From the NCBI GenBank assembly GCA_004195035.1, contig SGBD01000003.1:133981-165980 (forward strand): DNA of 32,000 bases, given 5' to 3'. The notes below the pieces were generated by a model that saw only the letters and a list, made by a program, of their open reading frames with translations, ran no database searches and was not told where the DNA came from. Positions 1 to 7,673 of the stretch are shown in pieces. Positions within the stretch are counted from its first letter, which is position 1; each line of letters begins with the position of its first letter. This DNA comes from Candidatus Acidulodesulfobacterium ferriphilum. Its GTDB lineage: Bacteria > SZUA-79 > Acidulodesulfobacterales > Acidulodesulfobacteraceae. The position numbers and the translations under genes are program-made.

Positions 1-131
1 CAAATATATGTGATTTCTTTGAAAGCCTAAAATTTAAGTATTCGGAATTGGACGGATTATATGATTTATCGGAAGATGTTGAGATAAGCATTGATAGACT
101 ATTAGCCGCAATGGAAGAAGAAAAGGGGCAA
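1..131 (+). CDS. C-terminal fragment of an unidentified protein (…SELDGLYDLSEDVEISIDRLLAAMEEEKGQ*), truncated by window start
   Basis: Open frame from position 3 to TAA at 129-131, immediately followed by the ATG at 134 of the next gene (operon-like spacing). Confidence 0.6.
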
Positions 132-133
132 TA

Positions 134-844
134 ATGGGCGCACATAAAAGGGTTGATTTTAGCGAAAGGGATAAACAATTATTATATCTTTTATATAAAC
201 ATAGGTATTGTGATTTTACGGCTTTAACTATGTTGAATATTAAATATGATACTTTATATAGACGATTAAAGAAATTAATTAAATCCGATTATGTTAAAAA
301 ATTAAATTCTGAAAATATTAAAATCGAAATTTACAGCTTAACGCAAAAAGGCGAAAACTGGCTTACTCAAAACATCGAGCAGGAATTTAATAAACCGATT
401 TTAAGTAAAATTAAAACATCGTCTTTATATAACTTTAATCATCACTTATTAATCGCAAGAATAGGCGCATTATTGGCAAGCAGAAATATCGATTATGAAA
501 TAGATTTAACCTGTAAAAAAGCATATCCAGAACTTAAAATAATACCGGATATAATCATTAAAAAATACGGCGGATTAATCTGCTTTGAAATCGAACTTGA
601 ATACAAAACGGCGGAAAAATACGCAAAGAAATTGTCGCAATTACAGAACAGCGCGGATATAAAAAAGTTAATATATTTGACACAGGGGAAGCCTGATAAA
701 TTACAAAATAAAATATCGATTATAGACCGATATAAGAAGGGTAAAAGTATAGATGAAAGATTTATTGATAACGAAACGAAAAACAAAATAATATTTGTAG
801 AATTAAATAATTTTATTCAGAATATAGACGAATTTATATCCTAA
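134..844 (+). CDS. Replication-relaxation-like protein (N-terminal winged HTH, C-terminal nuclease-like fold) of a mobile element
   Basis: 236-aa ORF; N-terminal wHTH (RDKQLLYLLYKHRYCDFTALTML…YRRLKKLIKSDYVKKL…YSLTQKG) and C-terminal PDIIIKKYGG..CFEIELEYKTAEKYAKKL motif, as in the Replic_Relax family. Confidence 0.6.
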   Translation: MGAHKRVDFSERDKQLLYLLYKHRYCDFTALTMLNIKYDTLYRRLKKLIKSDYVKKLNSENIKIEIYSLTQKGENWLTQNIEQEFNKPILSKIKTSSLYNFNHHLLIARIGALLASRNIDYEIDLTCKKAYPELKIIPDIIIKKYGGLICFEIELEYKTAEKYAKKLSQLQNSADIKKLIYLTQGKPDKLQNKISIIDRYKKGKSIDERFIDNETKNKIIFVELNNFIQNIDEFIS

Positions 845-1012
845 AAAAGAACTAAAAAAATCACACACAAGAACGGACGGAGAAAATAAAAAGAAAATGA
901 AAGAAACGAAAAAGATAAAAAATAATTCAAGTTTTGGCGGAAAAAAGATAAAAAATACCGTTCCGTTTTTCGTATGTTGCAGGTCGGAAGGGTATTTTTA
1001 GGGCAAAAGGCA

Positions 1013-1106
1013 CTGTTCCCCTACTCCCACTTAGTAGGTGGTCGGGGAGTTTAAAAAGCCAAACTTCCCGACCACCTACTAAAAGCGTGTGGGAGTAGGG
1101 GAACAG
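1013..1106. repeat. Long imperfect inverted repeat/hairpin: outer 18-bp stem (1013-1030 / 1089-1106), inner 22-bp stem (1031-1052 / 1061-1082, one G.T position), 8-nt loop AAAAAGCC, 6-nt one-sided bulge 1083-1088
   Basis: CTGTTCCCCTACTCCCAC pairs with GTGGGAGTAGGGGAACAG; TTAGTAGGTGGTCGGGGAGTTT pairs with AAACTTCCCGACCACCTACTAA. Confidence 0.95.
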
Positions 1107-1231
1107 CAAAGGCAAAAGCAGAAGCGAAAGACAAAAGCAAAAACCAAAGCAAAAGACAAAGGCAAACTGCGAAAGCAAAATTGAAAAAAAATTATTAATT
1201 ATAAAAATAACTTCTACACGGAAAAAAAATT

Positions 1232-1423
1232 ATGCTGATAAAAATTAAAGAGGTTGCCGGAATGTTAGCGATGAACCAAACAAGCATTTACAAACTTGTT
1301 TATCGTAAAGCTATTCCTTATGTCAAAATAGGCGGAGCTTTAAGGTTCGATAAGGATAAAATTATCGCTTGGATTAATCAGAATAGCTGTGATATGATTA
1401 ATCCGAAAAGTAAGCGTTTGTAA
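1232..1423 (+). CDS. Excisionase-like helix-turn-helix DNA-binding protein (HTH_17 type)
   Basis: 63 aa; IKEVAGMLAMNQTSIYKLVYRKAIPYVKIGGALRFDKDKIIAWINQ is the classic excisionase-family HTH; directly upstream of the integrase. Confidence 0.85.
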   Translation: MLIKIKEVAGMLAMNQTSIYKLVYRKAIPYVKIGGALRFDKDKIIAWINQNSCDMINPKSKRL

Positions 1424-1446
1424 ATGTCGTTTAAGGGGGTGAATCA

Positions 1447-2532
1447 ATGGGCATTTACAAAAAAGCTAACAGCAATAATTTTATGATGAGCAAAACGGTA
1501 AACGGTTTGACTTATTTTAAATCCAGCGGCACAAATTTAAAAATGGAAGCAAGGGCAACTTTCGACCGCTGGGTCATCGAGCTTAAAGAACAAATCCGGA
1601 CCGGCGAGCCGGTAAAGCAGAAACAAGAACCTATAATAAATAATTCTACTTTTTCGGAGCTTGCCGATAAGTATTTGGAATATACCGCCGGACGCTTAAA
1701 AAGCCATAAAGGGCTTTTCACTTTTTACAAAAAACTAAACGGCTATTTCGGAAATAAAACCTTAACGACTATTTCAATAGAGGATGTCGAAAATATGCAG
1801 TCCGATATTTTAAAACAGGGGCTTTCAAACGCATATGCAAACAGGTTATTAATTCATTTTAAAAGAGCGTTAAAAAAAGCGGCCGATTGGGAAATAATAT
1901 CCGACGATGTTCTTAATAAGTTTAAAAAGGTTAAACTCGTAAAAGGGGAAACAAAGCGGTTAAGGTATCTGTCCGAAGATGAGGCGCAAAGGTTTATCGG
2001 TAATTGCGATATTAATTTAAAATCTATCGTAATAACTGCTTTAAATACCGGTATGCGTAAATCGGAAATTCTGCATTTAGCTTGGGACAGGGTAGATTTA
2101 AAGAACCGGATAATCCTTTTAGATAAAACAAAGAACGGCGAAAGGCGAGAAATACCGATAAATCAAACACTTTACGATGTCCTGCTGCAGCTGCCGAGGC
2201 ATATAAGCGGCTATGTATTTGCAAATCCTAAAACCGGCAAGCCTTACAATAACGTTAAAAAGAGCTTTGGATCGGCGTTAAGAAAAAGCCATATTTTTGA
2301 TTTTAGGTTTCACGATTTAAGGCATACTTTTGCAAGCTGGCTTGTTATGGGCGGGGTAGATTTAACGACCGTTAAGGAACTGTTAGGGCATAAGGATGTC
2401 AGGATGACTTTAAGGTATTCTCATTTAGCGGCAAGTCATATATCTAATGCCGTTAAGGTTTTAGAAAAAAACTTTACCGTTTCTTTACCGCAGGAACAAA
2501 AGCAAAAATCCGAATATCTTGAAAGTGTTTAA
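1447..2532 (+). CDS. Tyrosine recombinase / phage-type integrase
   Basis: 361 aa; catalytic pattern TGMRKSEIL (Arg), HDLRHTFASW (HxxR), LGHKDVRMTLRYSHL (His…Tyr); abuts a tRNA 3' end. Confidence 0.95.
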   Translation: MGIYKKANSNNFMMSKTVNGLTYFKSSGTNLKMEARATFDRWVIELKEQIRTGEPVKQKQEPIINNSTFSELADKYLEYTAGRLKSHKGLFTFYKKLNGYFGNKTLTTISIEDVENMQSDILKQGLSNAYANRLLIHFKRALKKAADWEIISDDVLNKFKKVKLVKGETKRLRYLSEDEAQRFIGNCDINLKSIVITALNTGMRKSEILHLAWDRVDLKNRIILLDKTKNGERREIPINQTLYDVLLQLPRHISGYVFANPKTGKPYNNVKKSFGSALRKSHIFDFRFHDLRHTFASWLVMGGVDLTTVKELLGHKDVRMTLRYSHLAASHISNAVKVLEKNFTVSLPQEQKQKSEYLESV

Positions 2533-2537
2533 ATATC

Positions 2538-2613
2538 TGGTGGGCTGTCCCGGGATCGAACCGGGGACCTACTGATTAAGAGTCAGTTGCTCTACCGATT
2601 GAGCTAACAGCCC
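2538..2613 (-). tRNA. tRNA-Lys (anticodon CTT), CCA encoded
   Basis: Minus-strand GGGCTGTTAGCTCAATCGGTAGAGCAACTGACTCTTAATCAGTAGGTCCCCGGTTCGATCCCGGGACAGCCCACCA; all four stems form, anticodon loop CTCTTAA. Confidence 0.97.
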
Positions 2614-2666
2614 ACATAAATGAATAAATAAAAAGGCAAGCGTATTATAAACATTATACTCGATAA

Positions 2667-2696
2667 TTATATACTATTTTTATTTTTTTAGTCAAT
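2667..2696 (-). promoter_or_regulatory. Candidate sigma70-type promoter for tRNA-Lys: TTGACT-N18-TATAAT
   Basis: Minus-strand TTGACT (2691-2696) and TATAAT (2667-2672), about 55 bp upstream of the tRNA 5' end. Confidence 0.6.
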
Positions 2697-2851
2697 TCTT
2701 TTCACAATTAGTGATATACTTCTAAATAAGAGGCTGCATTTTAGGGTACCTGCTTAAAGCATTTACGGCAGGCGTAAAAGATAAAGGATAAAAATAACTT
2801 AAGTTTCTCGGTAAATGCGGGAGGCGGATAAAAAGATTATCCGAAAGGCAT

Positions 2852-3502
2852 ATGATATTTAAAAATCGGCAGGAAGCGGGAAAGCTTTTAGGGAAAAATT
2901 TATTAAAGCATAAATATAAACCGGAAAAAACTGTGGTTATAGGTTTATTACGGGGCGGGATTCCTGTTGCTTATGAAATTGCAAAGGCATTGAACGCGCC
3001 TTTAGATGTTGCATTAGTAAGAAAGATAGGCGCCCCGGATCAGGAAGAATTAGCCATAGGGGCGATAGTGGACGGTGAAAATCCGAAGGTTTATCTCAAT
3101 AAATCTTTAATATCCCGTATCGCAATGCCCGAAGGTTATATCGATAGAGTTAAAGAGATTAAGCTCGAAGAAATCAGGAAAAGGGAAAAAATTTACAGAA
3201 AAGGGGGGGGAAGGATAGATGTTCACGGCAAAATAGCAATAGTTGTGGACGACGGTATTGCAACGGGCGCTTCCATCAAGGTTGTAATAGAGGCTTTAAA
3301 GGAAGAAAAACCTGAAAAAATAATAATCGCCGTTCCTGTTATCCCAAAAGACACTCTAAACGAATTAAAAAAAACTGTAGATGATGTTATAGTTCTGGAT
3401 GCCCCCGAAGAGTTTTATGCCGTAGGAGAGTTTTATGAGGACTTTGGTCAGACAACGGATGAGGAAGTAATCTCGCTTCTTCAAAAATCGAAATCTAAAT
3501 AG
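2852..3502 (+). CDS. Phosphoribosyltransferase-family protein
   Basis: 216 aa; PRTase fold with VVIGLLRGGIPVAYEIA and PRPP-binding loop IAIVVDDGIATGAS. Confidence 0.9.
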   Translation: MIFKNRQEAGKLLGKNLLKHKYKPEKTVVIGLLRGGIPVAYEIAKALNAPLDVALVRKIGAPDQEELAIGAIVDGENPKVYLNKSLISRIAMPEGYIDRVKEIKLEEIRKREKIYRKGGGRIDVHGKIAIVVDDGIATGASIKVVIEALKEEKPEKIIIAVPVIPKDTLNELKKTVDDVIVLDAPEEFYAVGEFYEDFGQTTDEEVISLLQKSKSK

Positions 3503-3511
3503 GTGAAAATT

Positions 3512-3525
3512 GTGATTTAAATCAA
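3512..3525. promoter_or_regulatory. Candidate Crp/Fnr-family operator GTGAT-TTAA-ATCAA upstream of the DUF59 gene
   Basis: Near-palindrome matching the TTGAT-N4-ATCAA type; GATAAA -10-like hexamer at 3546-3551, centre-to-centre 30 nt. Confidence 0.4.
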
Positions 3526-3637
3526 TTTAATTGAATTATATATTTGATAAACTTAGATTTAGAGTTTTAGAAGAAAAGACATCTTATATTAATGTTAAGG
3601 CAAAAATTTATAAGGCTTTTTAAATCGGAGGTTTATC

Positions 3638-3946
3638 ATGGCCATAGTTAATGAAAATGATATTTTAGAAAAATTAAAAGATATAGTTGACCCTGAACTC
3701 GAAGTTAATATAATTGATTTGGGGCTGGTTTATAAGGTGAATATAGATGATAACGGAAATGTTAGGATAGATATGACTCTAACGGCTAAAGGGTGTCCGA
3801 TAAGCGATGTGATAAAGTACGAGGTAGAAGAAGCGCTCAAAAGTATTTCCGGTGTCAATGCCGTAAGCGTCAATTTTATTTGGGAGCCGGAATGGAGCCC
3901 GACGATGATAAAAGACGGCGCATTAAAAAGGCTAAAAACCCGTTAA
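3638..3946 (+). CDS. DUF59 / MIP18-family protein, probable Fe-S cluster assembly factor (SufT/PaaD-like)
   Basis: 102 aa; LKDIVDPELEVNIIDLGLVYKVNID…MTLTAKGCPISDVI…V.FIWEPEWSPTMI is the diagnostic DUF59 pattern. Confidence 0.92.
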   Translation: MAIVNENDILEKLKDIVDPELEVNIIDLGLVYKVNIDDNGNVRIDMTLTAKGCPISDVIKYEVEEALKSISGVNAVSVNFIWEPEWSPTMIKDGALKRLKTR

Positions 3947-3989
3947 TTTTTTAACCAGTTTAATATTTTAATACAATTATAATATCATA

Positions 3990-5252
3990 ATGAACGCAAC
4001 TGACAGCTCCATTAATATAGCGCTGAGGCATATTAAAACGGCCTTGATATTTTTGCCGATTTTTTTCATCGTAATGTTCCTCGACTCAAGAAGCTTTAGC
4101 GTCTATTTTTTTATGAACACAAAAATAATTTCTCTTACGCATATATTTACTCTCGGTTTTTTGATGATGGTCATTATGGGCGCTTCTTATATGCTTTTAC
4201 CGGTGGCGCTTGGCGTAAAAATTGCTTATGAAAAGCTTTTCTTCCCTGTTTATTATGTTTTTGTCGTTTCTTTATCGTTATTTGTTATAGGAATGCATTA
4301 TTTAATTCCCGTTTTAATAGCAGTGGGCGGGCTTTTTTTATTTATTTCTATTTTGACTTATAACATTAATATACTCATAAGCTTAAAAAAAGTAAAAAAA
4401 TGGGACTATTCGGCATTAGGAATTGCTTTCGCCTATTCTTATCTTTTTATAGGTTTATCGATAGGATTATATCTATCATTATCATTTTATTTTAATATAG
4501 GTTTTAATCTTTACGATATATTGAAAGACCATATTTATTTGATGTTTGCCGGCTTTGTCGCTATGCTTTTTATAGCTGTTTCCTACAGGCTTCTTCCGAT
4601 GTTTTATATGACAAAAACGCCTCCTAATTACTTTTGGAAAACTGATTTAACAATTATTAATTTGGGTATTATTGCCATACTAATCTCGTCGTTTTTTAAC
4701 GGAGGAACCGGTTATATTTATTTTTACTTGAACGATGCAGGCGAAACGCTTTTAGGTCTTGGAGTCTTGTCGTATTGCTTTATATTTTTTAATCTTATGC
4801 TGAAAAGGCTTAAAAAGAAACTTGATATCACTACATTTTATTTATATAGCGGAATTATATTTTTAGTTATAACGGCTACTGCCGGTTTATTGTTAATCAT
4901 TATACCGCAAAGGACTATGGACTTAAATTACGGCATATATTATTCCTTTGGATTTACCGCTCTTTTTTGTTTTGCGGGTATGATTATCATCGGGTTTTTG
5001 CATAAAATATTCCCGTTTTTGATCAGTCTGAAAATATTTGAAAAGGCAAAGAAAGGAGCGTATAACAAACTTTTTAGCAATATGAAAGCCAAATATTTCG
5101 AATACTTAATCTTCGGTCTTTTTTTAACCGGCGGGCTGCTCGGTATGTTCTCCTTATTGCTTATTTACATGGTTCTAATTAAAATTACCGCCATTATTCT
5201 TTTAGTTTCTTCTATATTGCTTTTAATCCATATATTTTCAATGGAATGGTAA
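3990..5252 (+). CDS. Multi-TM heme-copper oxidase subunit I-like membrane protein (NnrS/NorB-like family)
   Basis: 420 aa, about 12 hydrophobic segments, conserved His in SLTHIFTLGFLMM, KDHIYLMFAGFV, IGFLHKIFPFL. Confidence 0.65.
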   Translation: MNATDSSINIALRHIKTALIFLPIFFIVMFLDSRSFSVYFFMNTKIISLTHIFTLGFLMMVIMGASYMLLPVALGVKIAYEKLFFPVYYVFVVSLSLFVIGMHYLIPVLIAVGGLFLFISILTYNINILISLKKVKKWDYSALGIAFAYSYLFIGLSIGLYLSLSFYFNIGFNLYDILKDHIYLMFAGFVAMLFIAVSYRLLPMFYMTKTPPNYFWKTDLTIINLGIIAILISSFFNGGTGYIYFYLNDAGETLLGLGVLSYCFIFFNLMLKRLKKKLDITTFYLYSGIIFLVITATAGLLLIIIPQRTMDLNYGIYYSFGFTALFCFAGMIIIGFLHKIFPFLISLKIFEKAKKGAYNKLFSNMKAKYFEYLIFGLFLTGGLLGMFSLLLIYMVLIKITAIILLVSSILLLIHIFSMEW

Positions 5253-5319
5253 ATAAATTATCCCTTCGCTCCTTTAAGGAATTGGCGCAGGCGATGGGCG
5301 AGCAGAGGGGGGTAATCAA

Positions 5320-5856
5320 TTATCTCCAGACTTTTATCGTATAAAGGTCTTCGCCTGTTTCTTCCGTTAAAAACTTATACCCGGCGTCTTTTAACCTTGG
5401 GTATAAATGTATGGGTTTTCTTTCGTGGGTTATATATAAGGCTTCGCCCTCTTTAATATTTTCTAAGGTTTCAAATATCTTAAGAAGGGGTTGCGGCGGT
5501 TCAAGCCCTCTTACATCTATTTCCACGCCTTTTTTATGGGCTAAATTCTTAAGGTCTTCGTCGGTGAAGTTTTTTTCATCTGCTTCTTCCGATACCTTAA
5601 TGGGTTTCTTGCCTGTTTTATCTCTAAAAAATATTATCTGAAATCCTTCCTGTGTTTTATTCGTGATGTGTTCAAAACCCTTATTTTTTAAAACGGAGTA
5701 AAGCGGAAACGGTTCAAAGCTGTTTGTTAAATCCAAAGCCTCATCCTCTTTTAATCCGTTAATCGCCTTCATAATTCTTTGAAACGGATCTGCGCCGTTT
5801 TTAATATCTTCCCTGACATCTAACTTAATTCGTTTTAAATTATTTATGGTTTCCAT
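5320..5856 (-). CDS. Protein with two tandem DUF2249 domains
   Basis: 178 aa; internal duplication: KLDVREDIKNGADPFQRIMKAINGLKEDEALDLTNSFEPFPLY… and EIDVRGLEPPQPLLKIFETLENIKEGEALYITHERKPIHLYPRL…. Confidence 0.85.
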   Translation of the reverse strand: METINNLKRIKLDVREDIKNGADPFQRIMKAINGLKEDEALDLTNSFEPFPLYSVLKNKGFEHITNKTQEGFQIIFFRDKTGKKPIKVSEEADEKNFTDEDLKNLAHKKGVEIDVRGLEPPQPLLKIFETLENIKEGEALYITHERKPIHLYPRLKDAGYKFLTEETGEDLYTIKVWR

Positions 5857-5876
5857 AATTATAACCTCCTACGTTT

Positions 5877-6371
5877 TTATTTGATTGTTCTCATCTTTTC
5901 CATTATGCCTTCTTTTTCGTCTGCGGTTAAGTGCATATCCGCCATATTGAATAATATGTGGTCTTCCTTGTCGATATGTTCCGATAAAAGGGAAGCAAAT
6001 GAACCGCCGACGGATACGACGGTTTTATAGTTGCCGCCGGCTTGATAGTCTTTAATGCTTTTTTTAAAATCTTCCGAAAGCTCTCTGCTGTGCTTGTGTT
6101 CAATAAGCATAACATGTATAGGGCCTGTTTCTAAACCTATATAATTTCCGAGAACGGGGAATAAAGCCTCTTCCTCTTTTTTAAAATGAATTTCTAAATC
6201 CTTATCGATAAATGCGGTTATTTCATTAAGTTGATTTATAAGGTTTTTTCTTAAACTATCCGAGGAGCTTGCCCCAATCTTTTTTAAATACCCTTCAAGA
6301 TTATTTAAAACTCCTCTGACGATTTCGTGGTCGCTTCTTAAAGACATAATTGGGTCGAGATTTGTATCCAT
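5877..6371 (-). CDS. Hemerythrin HHE-domain protein
   Basis: 164 aa; metal-ligand spacing SDHE…HFKKEEEALFP…IEHKHSRE…HIDKEDHILF; 20 bp upstream of the DUF2249 gene on the same strand. Confidence 0.9.
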   Translation of the reverse strand: MDTNLDPIMSLRSDHEIVRGVLNNLEGYLKKIGASSSDSLRKNLINQLNEITAFIDKDLEIHFKKEEEALFPVLGNYIGLETGPIHVMLIEHKHSRELSEDFKKSIKDYQAGGNYKTVVSVGGSFASLLSEHIDKEDHILFNMADMHLTADEKEGIMEKMRTIK

Positions 6372-6488
6372 AATCGATAGCTCCTTATTTGTTCTGATTT
6401 ATTTAATTTATTTCCAACTTTTTAACAAATTAATGAAAGAACATAATATGATTTTATCATAATTTTATCATATAATTAATTTTACGCA

Positions 6489-6502
6489 GTGATAAATATC
6501 AC
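6489..6502. promoter_or_regulatory. Candidate Crp/Fnr/HcpR-like operator GTGATAAATATCAC upstream of the hemerythrin-DUF2249 operon
   Basis: Perfect palindrome (6-bp arms, 2-bp spacer); minus-strand GATAAA at 6464-6469, 29 nt from its centre. Confidence 0.45.
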
Positions 6503-6604
6503 AAAAATATAAAAAAAATTATATTAAAATATAATTAAATTATTGCAGGCATTTTATTTTATGTACGAATATTAATTATATATGTATAAGCGTGAGAAAC
6601 ATTG

Positions 6605-6619
6605 ATAACATTATGTTAT
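6605..6619. promoter_or_regulatory. Palindrome ATAACAT-T-ATGTTAT, candidate operator for the GcvH-like gene
   Basis: Perfect 7-bp arms around one central base, about 112 bp upstream of the ATG at 6731. Confidence 0.3.
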
Positions 6620-6730
6620 AATTTTAGATAATATATGATAATATATAACATGGCATAGCAATAAGCGGCAGCAGAAAATCGTAACTGCCAATCATAATCA
6701 AACCATAACCAAAAATAAAGGAGAGCGTAA

Positions 6731-7180
6731 ATGGCTGAAGTACAGGGTTGCGAACTTCCGGAGGATTTATATTACGATGTCGAAAAGGACACATGGGCAA
6801 AGCCGTTAGGTAATAATATAATTATGCTCGGAATGACCGATGTGGCTCAAACTCAAGCGGGCAAGATTTTGCATGTAACATTTAAAAAAATAGGCAGTCT
6901 TGTTCAAAGAAGGGGTAATACCGCGACAATCGAAAGCGGTAAATGGGTTGGGCCCATTCCGTCCCCCGTTGCGGGCGAAATAGTCGAGGTTAACGAAGCC
7001 CTGTTAAAAGACCCTCTCCTATTAAATATATCTCCTTACAAAGACGCATGGGTGAGTAAAGTGAAAGCATTCGACTTGAGCGAATTAAAGAATCTTTTAA
7101 CCGGCTCCGAGGCGGTGGAAAAATACAGAGAAAAAATAATAAAGGAACAGATTCAATGCATGAGGTGTTCAAGCCAGTAA
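6731..7180 (+). CDS. GcvH-like lipoyl-domain protein with C-terminal extension ending in a CxxC
   Basis: 149 aa; KPLGNNIIMLGMTDVAQTQAGKILHVTFKKIGSLV…ATIESGKWVGPIPSPVAGEIVEVNEAL; tail QIQCMRCSSQ; SD GGAG at 6721-6724. Confidence 0.85.
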   Translation: MAEVQGCELPEDLYYDVEKDTWAKPLGNNIIMLGMTDVAQTQAGKILHVTFKKIGSLVQRRGNTATIESGKWVGPIPSPVAGEIVEVNEALLKDPLLLNISPYKDAWVSKVKAFDLSELKNLLTGSEAVEKYREKIIKEQIQCMRCSSQ

Positions 7181-7222
7181 TAATATTTCATTAAAATTAT
7201 CAAATTATCGTTATTATAAATT

Positions 7223-7504
7223 ATGGCCGATGAAATTAACAAAATAAAGGCAAAGCATGATGTTATACTCCTTGTTTCCAAGTGGTGTGAAGAGTGCGTG
7301 CCTGCGGATAACGCGTGGAAGAGATTACATGAGGAACGCAAGGACTTTAATTATAGGTCTTTAGATGTTTCCGAACCCGAAGGAAGACGGCTTTCGATTG
7401 AACTTTACATAAGAAGCGTGCCATCCACCGTTATCGATGGAAAGCTTTCCTATGTCGGAATTCCCACCAAAGATGATGCCAATGAACTGCTCAATTTAGC
7501 TTGA
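7223..7504 (+). CDS. Small thioredoxin/glutaredoxin-fold protein
   Basis: 93 aa; LVSKWCEECVPADNAWKRL (CxxC) and VPSTVIDGKLSYVG cis-Pro-like segment. Confidence 0.75.
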   Translation: MADEINKIKAKHDVILLVSKWCEECVPADNAWKRLHEERKDFNYRSLDVSEPEGRRLSIELYIRSVPSTVIDGKLSYVGIPTKDDANELLNLA

Positions 7505-7673
7505 TTTATCAAAAAATCTAGATACCCTGCCTTTATTTATTAGTCCATTCATATATTTATATTATCTTATATTATTGCGTAAAATAGTTAAAAATTGTAA
7601 TTGATTTATTTGTTTTAATATGTTAAAACAAACCAAAATTAATTAATTTTAAACTTAAACGGAGGGAGTTATT

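Noticed and set aside
897-1001. 34-aa plus-strand ORF MKETKKIKNNSSSFGGKKIKNTVPFFVCCRSEGYF
   Set aside because: Short, low-complexity, no convincing RBS; could be a gene remnant but not supportable as a CDS.
1013-1106. Interpretation of the hairpin as a retron ncRNA, attC site or CRISPR-like repeat
   Set aside because: No reverse transcriptase, integron integrase, Cas gene or further repeat copies are visible in the window.
927-1178. Minus-strand 83-aa ORF spanning the long hairpin (MLSQFAFVFCFGFCFCLSLLLL…)
   Set aside because: The hydrophobic N-terminus is simply the complement of the A/G-rich repeat tract, the rest encodes the palindrome, and there is no RBS or family resemblance.
2702-2714. 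TCAC-AATTA-GTGA inverted repeat upstream of the PRTase gene
   Set aside because: The arms are only 4 bp and face the wrong way for a Crp/Fnr site; expected by chance.
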